Shown in pieces: positions 1 through 8,635 of a DNA stretch of 64,000 nt. Within the stretch, counting starts at the first letter, position 1. Every line of letters starts with the position of its first letter. Where the stretch lies: NCBI GenBank assembly GCA_964535935.1, contig CAZHWM010000021.1, positions 3,903 through 67,902 on the forward strand, written 5' to 3'. The DNA is from an uncultured Planctomycetales bacterium (lineage in GTDB: Bacteria; Omnitrophota; Gorgyraeia; Zapsychrales; Zapsychraceae). The translations under genes and the position numbers were made by a program. The notes beneath the pieces were generated by a model. That model had not been told where the DNA came from, did no database searches, and saw only the letters and a program-made list of their open reading frames with translations.

Positions 1-118
1 ATAAATAATAAAATAACTCTTTATATATATAAAAAAAAATATATATAATATTTTTATAAAATTATTGTTTCTAAGTTAATATAGTTAAATAGTATAGTTA
101 AAACTTGGGAGGATAAAT

Positions 119-853
119 ATGAGAGAAAAGACAATTGTTATAAAAACAATAGGATATTTATTAGCACTATTATATGGGATAATCCTCCTATTTTTTTTGT
201 GGGCAGTATATATCCAAGATTATGATGAATATGTGATATTTTATTGTTTGCTTTTTGCTGTTCTTTTTATAAGTGCAATAGCAGTAGCACGTTTACGGGA
301 GTGGGGCAGAAAACTTTTAATTGCTTTGAATGTGCTTACCTTAGTATGTCTTGCAATTAGATATGTCCCCAAGATAGGGATAGTTCCTACAGGGTTTATT
401 TTTATGAATATTATAGTGTTTTTATATTTTACTCAAAATGAGATAAGAAATCATTTTTTTGTAAAGAGTTTCGATAAATGGATTTCTGTTTTAGTAATAG
501 ATGACGATGAGGCACTAATTAAAACTATACGTCCTTTATTAATATCTAATGGCTATTCTGTTCTTACAGCAGATTCAGGAGAGAACGGTTTAATTATTGC
601 TGAAAGCCAACAACCGGATATAATTCTTCTTGATGTCATTTTACCGGGTATAAAGGGGCGAGAAGTATGTAAACGATTAAAATCCAATGATAAGACAAAG
701 GATATCCCTGTGGTATTTGTTACAGCAAAAGATTCAGAAGACGATATTAAGGCAGAAAAAGAGGTTGGAGCGGCAGCTCACCTTACCAAGCCTATTAATA
801 AGAAGATGCTTATGGAAACTTTAAAAAATGTTTTAAAGAAAACAATTTTTTGA
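119..853 (+). CDS. membrane-anchored response regulator (receiver domain only, no output domain)
   Basis: 244-aa ORF with RBS gggagga upstream. The N-terminal ~110 aa form 3-4 hydrophobic helices. The C-terminal half has CheY-like receiver motifs: VLVIDDDE, IILLDVILPG (phospho-Asp context), VVFVTAK and LTKP. Confidence 0.8.
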   Translation: MREKTIVIKTIGYLLALLYGIILLFFLWAVYIQDYDEYVIFYCLLFAVLFISAIAVARLREWGRKLLIALNVLTLVCLAIRYVPKIGIVPTGFIFMNIIVFLYFTQNEIRNHFFVKSFDKWISVLVIDDDEALIKTIRPLLISNGYSVLTADSGENGLIIAESQQPDIILLDVILPGIKGREVCKRLKSNDKTKDIPVVFVTAKDSEDDIKAEKEVGAAAHLTKPINKKMLMETLKNVLKKTIF

Positions 854-905
854 TATTTTTTAGGAAAGTAATTGGTTTGTTTAGGTAATCGAAAGTTGGG
901 AAATT

Positions 906-1829
906 ATGGATATAGATAAGATAATTAAAATATTTAAACGTGCAATGGCGCGGTATGGTATGTATTTTACTGTGTGGCTTTTTAAGGTGTTGCCTTATGG
1001 GGCAGTACGGTATATAACAGGTATTCTTGTTTCGATTGGTTTTAGATTCACCATAAAACAACGTAGGATTGCAAAAGAGAGTCTTACCATTGCTTTTGGT
1101 AAGGAGAAAACACAAGAAGAAATAGAACAAATTATTCGCAATTGTTTTGCCAATTTAGGTAGAGGTATGGTTGAGATGATTTATTTTTTTTCTCATCCTG
1201 AGAAGGTAATGGAAAAGGTGTCTTTTCAAGGTCGTCGGCATTTGGACGATGCTCTTGCCAAAGGACATGGTGTTATTGCTGTTACTGCACATTTTGGTAA
1301 TTTCCCCTTAATGATGTTGGCATGTGTGCGTGCCGGATATAAGACCAGTGCTATAATTAGACCTACACGTGACAAGGAGATGGAGAAATTTCTTTTTAAT
1401 ATGCGTACTAAGATGGGATTAAATACGGTTTATGCCTTACCAAGACACACGTGTGTATCTTCATCGCTGAGGATATTAAGAAATAATGAAATTTTGTTTG
1501 TTCCACTTGACCAAAATTTTGGAAGAGGAGGCGGTGTTTTTGTAGATTTTTTTGGATATAAGGCTGCTACCGCTACAGGTCCTGTAGTCCTTGCAATGAG
1601 AACAAATGCGGTGATTCTGCCAATGTTTATTATTAGAGAAAATAGAGATAGACATAAAATCATTATTGAGCCACCTTTTGAATTGGAATATATAAAAGAT
1701 GAAAAGGAAATGGTTCATATAAATATTGCCAGGATTACAAAATTGATAGAGCAATATATAAGAAGGTATCCACATGAGTGGGGTTGGATGCATAGAAGAT
1801 GGAAGACCCGGCCAGAGATTAATGTTTAA
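906..1829 (+). CDS. lipid A biosynthesis (LpxL/HtrB family) lysophospholipid/lipid A acyltransferase
   Basis: 307 aa. Acyltransferase HX4D-type motif context TAHFGNFPLM. C-terminal family signature YPHEWGWMHRRWK is typical of the Lip_A_acyltrans family. Confidence 0.75.
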   Translation: MDIDKIIKIFKRAMARYGMYFTVWLFKVLPYGAVRYITGILVSIGFRFTIKQRRIAKESLTIAFGKEKTQEEIEQIIRNCFANLGRGMVEMIYFFSHPEKVMEKVSFQGRRHLDDALAKGHGVIAVTAHFGNFPLMMLACVRAGYKTSAIIRPTRDKEMEKFLFNMRTKMGLNTVYALPRHTCVSSSLRILRNNEILFVPLDQNFGRGGGVFVDFFGYKAATATGPVVLAMRTNAVILPMFIIRENRDRHKIIIEPPFELEYIKDEKEMVHINIARITKLIEQYIRRYPHEWGWMHRRWKTRPEINV

Positions 1830-1899
1830 TATTATTTTAGATTATTACTTAACAAAAGATGGATATAGATTGTGATGTTAGGGAGGTAAATGATATAAG

Positions 1900-3429
1900 A
1901 TGCTGGCAAAGACATATGCTTATGGGGTAGTAGGGCTTGATGTTTATCAAGTGGTAATTGAGGTTGATTTTAATAGAGGGGTGCCTTCAAGTGTAATAGT
2001 GGGACTACCAGATAATGCAGTTAAGGAAAGCAAGGAACGAGTCCGAACCGCTATAAAAAATAGTGGTTATGAGTTTCCAGCCTGCAGATTGACAGTGAAT
2101 CTTTCTCCTGCAGATACTAAAAAAGAAGGTGTTGCTTTTGATTTGCCTATAGCAATAGGTTTTTTGGCCGCAAGCGGGCAGATTTCTTCTGATAGATTAG
2201 CTGATTATGTTATGCTGGGTGAACTTTCTTTGGATGGTAAGGTTAAACCTGTAAAGGGCGTATTGCCGATAACTTTGGCGATTAATAGGAAATTTAAGGG
2301 AATTATTGTCCCGGAATCTAATGCATCAGAGGCAGCTATAGCACAGAAAACAAAGGTGTATCCTGTTAAGACATTGAAGGATGTTGTGTATTTTTTAAGT
2401 AATGAGGATAGTATTTTGCCATATCAGGTAGATATTAAAGAGTTGTTTTCTGATGCATGTCACTATGAAATCGACTTTTCTGATGTAAAAGGGCAGAGAC
2501 ATGCTAAACGCGGGTTAGAGATTGCTGCTGCAGGTAATCACAATGTTTTGCTTATTGGTCCACCTGGAACAGGTAAAAGTATGCTTGCAAAAAGATTGCC
2601 TACTATTCTTCCTGATATGGATTTAGAAGAGGCCCTTGAGACAACAAAGATATATTCTATAACAGGACTTTTAAATAAAAATAATGAGTTTATAGCTACA
2701 AGACCTTTTCGTTCACCACATCATACTACTTCAAGTGCTGCTATTATTGGTGGCGGCTCTAATCCTAAACCGGGGGAGGTTACTTTAAGCCATAATGGGG
2801 TTTTATTCCTTGATGAACTTCCGGAGTTTCATAGGGATGTGTTGGAATCATTGCGCCAACCCCTTGAAGACCATTATGTTACTATATCGCGTGCAAGCAG
2901 GTCATTGCGTTTTCCATCAAGATTTTTATTAGTTTGTTCGATGAATCCATGTCCATGTGGATTTTTATCACATCCCCGTCGTGAGTGCAGGTGTACGCCT
3001 AATAGGATAGAAAGGTATATGTCTAAGATATCAGGTCCTTTATTAGATAGGATAGACATTCATTTAGAGGTTCCAGCTCTTGTATCTTCTGAGTTAACTA
3101 GAATAGTGCAAGAAGAATCTTCTTATGAAATAAAGAAACGTGTTATTAAAGCGAGGCAGATACAGAAGAAGAGATTTAAAGGGCTTAGGGTAACTTCTAA
3201 CGCTTATATGGGGCAGGCTCATATTAAACGTTTTTGTGTATTGGATGATGAGGGTAAAAGACTTATTAATATGGCTATTGAAGAATTAGGGCTCTCTGCG
3301 AGGGCATATGATAAAATATTAAAGCTAGCTAGAACAATTGCAGATTTAGCAGAAGAGACAGATATTTTGCCTGCACATATATGTGAGGCTATTCAATATA
3401 GAAGTCTTGATAGAAACAATATTAGGTAG
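1900..3429 (+). CDS. YifB/ComM family Mg-chelatase-like ATPase
   Basis: 509 aa. N-terminal Lon-protease-like S5 fold region. Walker A GPPGTGKSMLAKRLP, Walker B LFLDELPEF, and a C-terminal Mg-chelatase subunit ChlI-like region. Confidence 0.9.
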   Translation: MLAKTYAYGVVGLDVYQVVIEVDFNRGVPSSVIVGLPDNAVKESKERVRTAIKNSGYEFPACRLTVNLSPADTKKEGVAFDLPIAIGFLAASGQISSDRLADYVMLGELSLDGKVKPVKGVLPITLAINRKFKGIIVPESNASEAAIAQKTKVYPVKTLKDVVYFLSNEDSILPYQVDIKELFSDACHYEIDFSDVKGQRHAKRGLEIAAAGNHNVLLIGPPGTGKSMLAKRLPTILPDMDLEEALETTKIYSITGLLNKNNEFIATRPFRSPHHTTSSAAIIGGGSNPKPGEVTLSHNGVLFLDELPEFHRDVLESLRQPLEDHYVTISRASRSLRFPSRFLLVCSMNPCPCGFLSHPRRECRCTPNRIERYMSKISGPLLDRIDIHLEVPALVSSELTRIVQEESSYEIKKRVIKARQIQKKRFKGLRVTSNAYMGQAHIKRFCVLDDEGKRLINMAIEELGLSARAYDKILKLARTIADLAEETDILPAHICEAIQYRSLDRNNIR

Positions 3430-3452
3430 TTTTGAGAGGAGGAAATTGTATT

Positions 3453-3896
3453 ATGAGGACAGTGTTGCATAATAAGATATTAATGATTACTTTACTTGCA
3501 TGGGCTATTGCACAGTTTGTTAAGGTTGTACTTGGGGTTATTCGAGAGAGAAGGTTTGATTTTAAATGGTTCATTGGTACTGGTGGAATGCCATCTAGTC
3601 ATGCAGCTGGAGCAACTGCTTTGGCCACCACATGTGGTTTGTATGTAGGTTTTGACTCTGTGGATTTTGCTCTTGCTACTGTATTTGCTATTGTCACAAT
3701 GTTTGATGCCCAGGGGGTACGCAGGTGTGCGGGGCAGCAGGCAGCCATACTTAATCAAATTTTGGATGATATATATTGGAAGGGCAAGATTGAGGCAGAA
3801 CGGCTTATGGAACTTATAGGTCATACACCATTACAGGTTATTATGGGTGGAATCTTAGGGATTGTTTTGGCGTATCTTTTATATAGAATATGGTAA
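3453..3896 (+). CDS. divergent PAP2 / acid phosphatase-vanadium haloperoxidase-related membrane protein (DUF212 family)
   Basis: Track ORF starts at TTG 3432, but ATG 3453 follows RBS gaggagga. The protein is multi-TM, with the motif GGMPSSHAA and a downstream FDAQGVRR region typical of DUF212. Confidence 0.7.
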   Translation: MRTVLHNKILMITLLAWAIAQFVKVVLGVIRERRFDFKWFIGTGGMPSSHAAGATALATTCGLYVGFDSVDFALATVFAIVTMFDAQGVRRCAGQQAAILNQILDDIYWKGKIEAERLMELIGHTPLQVIMGGILGIVLAYLLYRIW

Positions 3897-3963
3897 TGGA
3901 GTTATATATTTTTAAATAGGAGAAAAAGTTTAATCTTTCAATGATTTTTAATCTTTTTAAAAT

Positions 3964-5604
3964 ATGAAGATAACTTTTGTTGCAAATGGATGGGAACAGC
4001 TTGGTATAAGTCTGCTTTCTGCTATCGCAAAGGCTCATGGCCATGAGGTTTCTCTTGCATTTAGTGTATCTCTGTTTAATGATAGATTCCATCTTACCTA
4101 TCAACCATTGGCTGATTTTTTTGATGATACAAAATATGTTTTGCAGGCCATAGAAAAACAGTGCCCAGATGTAATTGCATTTTCTCCTGTTACTGGAACA
4201 TATCAATGGATGGTTTATGTCGCAGAGCAGGCAAAAAAGATGTTCCCGCATGCAAAGATTATTTTTGGTGGTGTGCATACAACAGCAGTCCCAGAAAGAG
4301 TATTATCCCGGCCATTTATTGATTATGTGTGTGTAGGAGAGGCTGATATTGCCTTTCCTATGATATTAGATGCAATAAAGGATGGAGGTACGCACAGACC
4401 TATTCCTAATACACGATATAAACTTTCAGATGGTAGTGTTGTAAGAGGGCCTCAGATGGGATTTATACAAAATTTAGACAGTTTGCCCATTTTTGATAAA
4501 ACTCTATGGGAAGATTATATGCAGTTTAAGGAATCGTATATTACCATGGGTTCAAGAGGCTGTCCATATAGATGTATTTTTTGTTTTAATAATTTTTTTG
4601 CAAAGTTGCCAGAAAATAATAGGCCGGGAAGATACGTCAGATATAGGAGTGTTGCTCATTTGATGAATGAATTGAAGATAGCAAAAAAACGTTATGGCTT
4701 TAAACTTATTGAATTTTTTGATGATGTGTTTACTTTAAATAAGAGATGGCTAAAGGATTTTTTAAATGAATATAAAAGAGAGATAAATGTCCCGTTTCAG
4801 ATATTTACGCATATAAAATTTATTGATGAAGAGGTTGTTCGCTGGTTGGCAGATGCAGGGTGCCGTTCTGCACAAATTGGTATACAGAGTATGGATGATA
4901 GGTATAAAAGAGAGGTTTTGCATAGAAATGAAACCACTGAGGATATTGAAAAGGCCTTGAGGATTATGAAAAAATATAAGGTGCTGGCTAAATTTGATCA
5001 TATGTTTGGTCTCCCAGAAGAGCCAATTGAAGCTCAGGAGACAGCCTTTAGGTTTTATTTGAGGAGAAGGCCTTATCGGGTCCAGACATATTGGGCTAAT
5101 TTTTATCCTGGGACGGAGATGTTTAAGAGGGCAATTGAGACAGGGCTTATAAGTCGTGAAGATGCTGAGAAGATATATGAAGGAGAAGGGTTGGATTCTT
5201 TTACGCGGCATAATAGCTTTATTGATCCTAAAAAGGTGCCGGTTTATAAAGGATATGAAGCGATTTTTAAATTGATGGTAGGCTTGCCAGTTTTCTTAAG
5301 TAGACGCATTAATCCTAAATTTTTTACTCGTTTACCTATAATAATTAATTCTTTTATTACACTTATTTCTGATATAACAATAGGCTTTTTGAGACTTGAT
5401 ATCGATCATTTTTGTTATGCTAAATATTATTTATATCATATATATAGATTTTTTCTACTTAAAATAGGCGTAAAGCCCCCGCCTGCTACCCGTGTTAAGG
5501 TTGATGAGCCTTTTATTTTTAAAGTTTCCTATCGGATCTCTCAGGAGTATTCAAATGATAGTAAGTTAAATATTAAGGAGGATATACAAAAAATAACAGC
5601 TTAG
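3964..5604 (+). CDS. B12-binding domain radical SAM protein (class B rSAM), paralog 1
   Basis: 546 aa. N-terminal Rossmann-like cobalamin-binding-type domain, then the radical SAM cluster motif GSRGCPYRCIFCFN (CxxxCxxC). C-terminal ~100 aa are hydrophobic/aromatic. Collinear with the ORF at 27175-28821. Confidence 0.8.
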   Translation: MKITFVANGWEQLGISLLSAIAKAHGHEVSLAFSVSLFNDRFHLTYQPLADFFDDTKYVLQAIEKQCPDVIAFSPVTGTYQWMVYVAEQAKKMFPHAKIIFGGVHTTAVPERVLSRPFIDYVCVGEADIAFPMILDAIKDGGTHRPIPNTRYKLSDGSVVRGPQMGFIQNLDSLPIFDKTLWEDYMQFKESYITMGSRGCPYRCIFCFNNFFAKLPENNRPGRYVRYRSVAHLMNELKIAKKRYGFKLIEFFDDVFTLNKRWLKDFLNEYKREINVPFQIFTHIKFIDEEVVRWLADAGCRSAQIGIQSMDDRYKREVLHRNETTEDIEKALRIMKKYKVLAKFDHMFGLPEEPIEAQETAFRFYLRRRPYRVQTYWANFYPGTEMFKRAIETGLISREDAEKIYEGEGLDSFTRHNSFIDPKKVPVYKGYEAIFKLMVGLPVFLSRRINPKFFTRLPIIINSFITLISDITIGFLRLDIDHFCYAKYYLYHIYRFFLLKIGVKPPPATRVKVDEPFIFKVSYRISQEYSNDSKLNIKEDIQKITA

Positions 5605-5718
5605 ATTTTTATGATTAGTTGGAGAGGCTAAAACAGGATGTTTTATCTTGACCTGATTTTAAGAATAGTGTTATAGTTAAACTTTAAAAGAATATGGAAT
5701 GGGAGAGTTAGTTTTTTT

Positions 5719-5901
5719 ATGTTAGTATCTGGTAAAAATATTATATCTATTTTTGTAGCTATCATATTATTAGTAGTAGGAATTGCTTTGATATTGGCTT
5801 GGTGGGAAAACATTGTTATTCTTTTTAAAGCAGTAATAGGAATATTTTTTGCATTAGCAGGTTTATTATTGTTGTATTTATTTACTAATAAGCAAATCTG
5901 A
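5719..5901 (+). CDS. small two-helix membrane protein, unknown function
   Basis: 60-aa ORF made almost entirely of two hydrophobic helices. No recognisable family. Confidence 0.4.
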   Translation: MLVSGKNIISIFVAIILLVVGIALILAWWENIVILFKAVIGIFFALAGLLLLYLFTNKQI

Positions 5902-5952
5902 AAAAAGTATTTTTTAAAAGAATGAAAGATTTGTTTAACAAATTTTTAATAA

Positions 5953-6954
5953 ATGTATTGGCTTTCGTTTATATTTAATGCAGCTCTCATTGTTTTTGCA
6001 GGCACTAAGTTGACACAGTGTGCTGATAGATTTAGTGAAGAATTTAATATAGGGAAAGTGTGGCTTGGGATTATTTTACTTGGGATGGTTACCTCTTTGC
6101 CCGAGGCGATTAGTAGTTTATCAGCAGTTATTTCTCTTCATGCATATGATTTGGCAGTAGGGAATTTACTTGGAAGTGATAATTTTAATTTAATGCTTTT
6201 GGTTGTTATGGATTTGGCATATCGTAGGGGTGCTATTACTGATAATATTCGTTCAGATAGGTCCAACATTGTTTCTGCAGGAAGCGTTGTCCTGCTTGAA
6301 TTGATTGTTATTGCAGAGATAATTTTTTCAAAGTTTTTTTCTCATTCTATATTTGGCTGTTTGAATATAGGGATGCTGTTGATTATGGTTTTCTTTTTTA
6401 TTGGGATGAGATTATTGTATTCTTTTCAAGCAGATAATGTATCTGAGGTTGTTAATAGGACAAAACAGGATCTCTTGAATCAATCTCGGATAAAAATAAT
6501 TATAGGGTTAATTTTAAGTGCAGGTGTGGTTATATTTGCTGCTATGAGGTTGGCATCATCAGCAGATATTATTGCAAAGCAGACAGGATTAGGCAGGACT
6601 TTTGTAGGTAGCATATTCTTGGCATGTGTTACTTCTTTGCCGGAGATGGTTGTATCTTTATCAGCACTTAAATTGGGTGTTATTGATATGGCCGCTGGTA
6701 ATATTTTTGGAAGTAATATGATAAACATTTTTATTATAGCTGTATGTGATCTGGTAAGTAGAGGAGTTTTTGTTTTATCTATGGTATCGAAGTTGCAAAT
6801 ATTAACTGCTAGTTTAGGGGTTATTTTGGTATGTATTGCTGTTATTGGGATAGGTGTTAAACATAAGAGAACATATTTAGGATTAGGGATAGATTCTATT
6901 CTGATGTCTGTTTTATTCTTGTCAAGTATATGGATTTTGTATAAATTAAGATAG
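5953..6954 (+). CDS. Ca2+/cation antiporter (CaCA, YrbG-like sodium/calcium exchanger membrane protein)
   Basis: 333 aa, ~10 TM. Two internally repeated alpha-repeat motifs, SLPEAISS..GNLLGSDNFNL and SLPEMVVS..GNIFGSNMINI. Confidence 0.75.
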   Translation: MYWLSFIFNAALIVFAGTKLTQCADRFSEEFNIGKVWLGIILLGMVTSLPEAISSLSAVISLHAYDLAVGNLLGSDNFNLMLLVVMDLAYRRGAITDNIRSDRSNIVSAGSVVLLELIVIAEIIFSKFFSHSIFGCLNIGMLLIMVFFFIGMRLLYSFQADNVSEVVNRTKQDLLNQSRIKIIIGLILSAGVVIFAAMRLASSADIIAKQTGLGRTFVGSIFLACVTSLPEMVVSLSALKLGVIDMAAGNIFGSNMINIFIIAVCDLVSRGVFVLSMVSKLQILTASLGVILVCIAVIGIGVKHKRTYLGLGIDSILMSVLFLSSIWILYKLR

Positions 6955-7088
6955 AATTAATGGGGAGATTTTCCGTGTTTATTTTGTAATAATTATAATA
7001 AAATTATTTGTAACGTAAGAGGAATATTATTTGTATTTAAATAGAGGGATGAAATGGAAAAATTATTCTGCTTTTAAGAAGGAGCAGG

Positions 7089-7709
7089 ATGATGCCAAAG
7101 AAAGATATTGATATGTTTAGTAAGTTACGCAAATATTTTATTTCTGGATTGATGGTGTTTTTGCCAATGGGGCTTACGGTTTATCTTTTTATTATGGTGA
7201 TAAATTATGCGGATCGGCTCCTTGGTAAGTATATAGAGCCTTATTTTTATAAAAATTTTGGATTTTATTTCCGGGGTTTAGGTATTATTCTTTTAGTTTA
7301 TTTAATTACTGTTGTTGGTTTTCTTGTTACCAATTTTTTGGGACGTAAGATACATCATTTTTTTGAAAAGCTTTTTTTACACTTACCTTTTTTTAAGCAA
7401 GTGTATCCTGCCTTAAAACAGATGGCGGTTTTTCTTTTCTCTCAGGAACGTATAAATTCTTTTAAAAAAGTAGTTTTAGTAGAATACCCTCGTAATGGTA
7501 TTTATGCCTTTGGTTTTCTAACTAATGAAGCACCAGATAAAATAAATAAGAAGATAGGAGAAGAGGTATGTAGTGTTTTTCTTCCTAGTGCTCCAGGTCC
7601 GTTGACAGGATATGTTGTTTTTGTGCCTAAGGATCAAATTATCATAACAGATATAACCATTGAAGAGGCAGTTAAGGTGATTGTATCAGGAGGGGTGGTG
7701 AATCCATAG
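7089..7709 (+). CDS. DUF502 domain membrane protein
   Basis: 206 aa with RBS aaggag. Two N-terminal TM helices. Conserved C-terminal block LPSAPGPLTGYVVFVPKDQIIITDITIEEAVKVIVSGG is typical of DUF502. Confidence 0.6.
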   Translation: MMPKKDIDMFSKLRKYFISGLMVFLPMGLTVYLFIMVINYADRLLGKYIEPYFYKNFGFYFRGLGIILLVYLITVVGFLVTNFLGRKIHHFFEKLFLHLPFFKQVYPALKQMAVFLFSQERINSFKKVVLVEYPRNGIYAFGFLTNEAPDKINKKIGEEVCSVFLPSAPGPLTGYVVFVPKDQIIITDITIEEAVKVIVSGGVVNP

Positions 7710-7720
7710 GAGGGATTGTA

Positions 7721-8407
7721 GTGAAGAGCAAGTCTTTTAATGGGCGGAAGATACATCTCATTATTTTTGACCTTGACGGGACGCTGATAGATGCATATAA
7801 TGCGGTATCTTCAAGTATTGCTTATGCATTAGAAAAATTGGGGTTGCCACCTGTAGATGATGATAAAATAAAAAGAAGTGTAGGCTGGGGAGAGGTTAGT
7901 CTTGCTCATGCACTAGTGCCAGAGGAATATGTGGATGAATTAGTGCAGATTTATCGTAGTCGACATGAATATGATTTGCGTTCCGGCGTAAAATTTATGC
8001 CGAATGCACAGGAGTTGATATGCAGATTGAAAGAGCAAGGGTATAAACTTGCTATAGCAACTAATAGGGCCTCGGTTTTTACAAATATAATATTGCATCG
8101 GTTAGATATTCGTCATATGTTTTCATATGTCCTTTGTCGCGACGAGATAGACTTGCCAAAACCATATGGGCAGATGATCGAGAGGATATTGAATACATTA
8201 GGCTATGATAAAGATGAGGCGGTATATATAGGGGATATGACCGTAGATGTTCAGACGGGTATTAATGCAGGGGTTAAGACTATAGCGGTTGCAACAGGTT
8301 CAAGTAAACCTGATGAGATAGCAATATTGAAACCATTTTCTTTAATTTATAATATAAGTGATGTCCTTGAGATCCTTAATAAATTAAATGGGTATAATTT
8401 TAGTTAA
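7721..8407 (+). CDS. HAD-family hydrolase (phosphoglycolate phosphatase-like)
   Basis: GTG start after RBS ggaggg. HAD motif I IIFDLDGTLID, motif II ATN, and motif IV-like GDMTVDVQ. Confidence 0.8.
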   Translation: MKSKSFNGRKIHLIIFDLDGTLIDAYNAVSSSIAYALEKLGLPPVDDDKIKRSVGWGEVSLAHALVPEEYVDELVQIYRSRHEYDLRSGVKFMPNAQELICRLKEQGYKLAIATNRASVFTNIILHRLDIRHMFSYVLCRDEIDLPKPYGQMIERILNTLGYDKDEAVYIGDMTVDVQTGINAGVKTIAVATGSSKPDEIAILKPFSLIYNISDVLEILNKLNGYNFS

Positions 8408-8472
8408 AAATATTTGGTGTTTATTAGGTTTATATTGACAAAATATAAAATAAATGGAAGAAAGGATGTATT

Positions 8473-8553
8473 ATGAGCAAGAGGAAGAGACGAGGAAAAT
8501 TAAATTGGCGGTCTAAAAAAGCGAATCATGGTAGAAAACCAAATAAGGGATAA
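8473..8553 (+). CDS. 26-aa highly basic peptide, bL37-like ribosomal protein candidate
   Basis: Not in the ORF track. ATG 8473 follows aaggatg/gaaagga. It translates as MSKRKRRGKLNWRSKKANHGRKPNKG. The KANHG(K/R)(R/K)PN tail resembles my recollection of mycobacterial bL37. Confidence 0.45.
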   Translation: MSKRKRRGKLNWRSKKANHGRKPNKG

Positions 8554-8635
8554 AAAAGAATGGTGTTTGGAAGACCGATATATATTTTAAAAAATATTAA
8601 TACTAGATAATTAAAATATTTTTTAGGAGGGGATT

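Noticed and set aside
1-118. An extremely AT-rich window start with alternating TA runs and a duplicated tatagttaaa motif. It could be an origin, operator or mobile-element end.
   Set aside because: It is only 118 nt and truncated by the window edge. The composition is typical of intergenic and promoter DNA in this genome, and no inverted terminal repeat partner or recognisable boxes were seen.
810-1130. 106-aa minus-strand ORF spanning the end of the receiver gene and the start of the LpxL-type gene. Many similar antisense ORFs appear in the track (e.g. 1430-1663, 1476-1793, 3492-3824, 3841-4278, 4762-5211, 9814-10155, 23284-23601, 24263-24649, 41923-42234, 47034-47489, 51937-52266, 58083-58322, 59473-59751).
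   Set aside because: All lie antisense inside well-supported + strand genes with clear family motifs. Their translations are low-complexity (I/F/L/K/S/N-rich, as expected from AT-rich antisense DNA). They lack convincing RBSs and recognisable domains.
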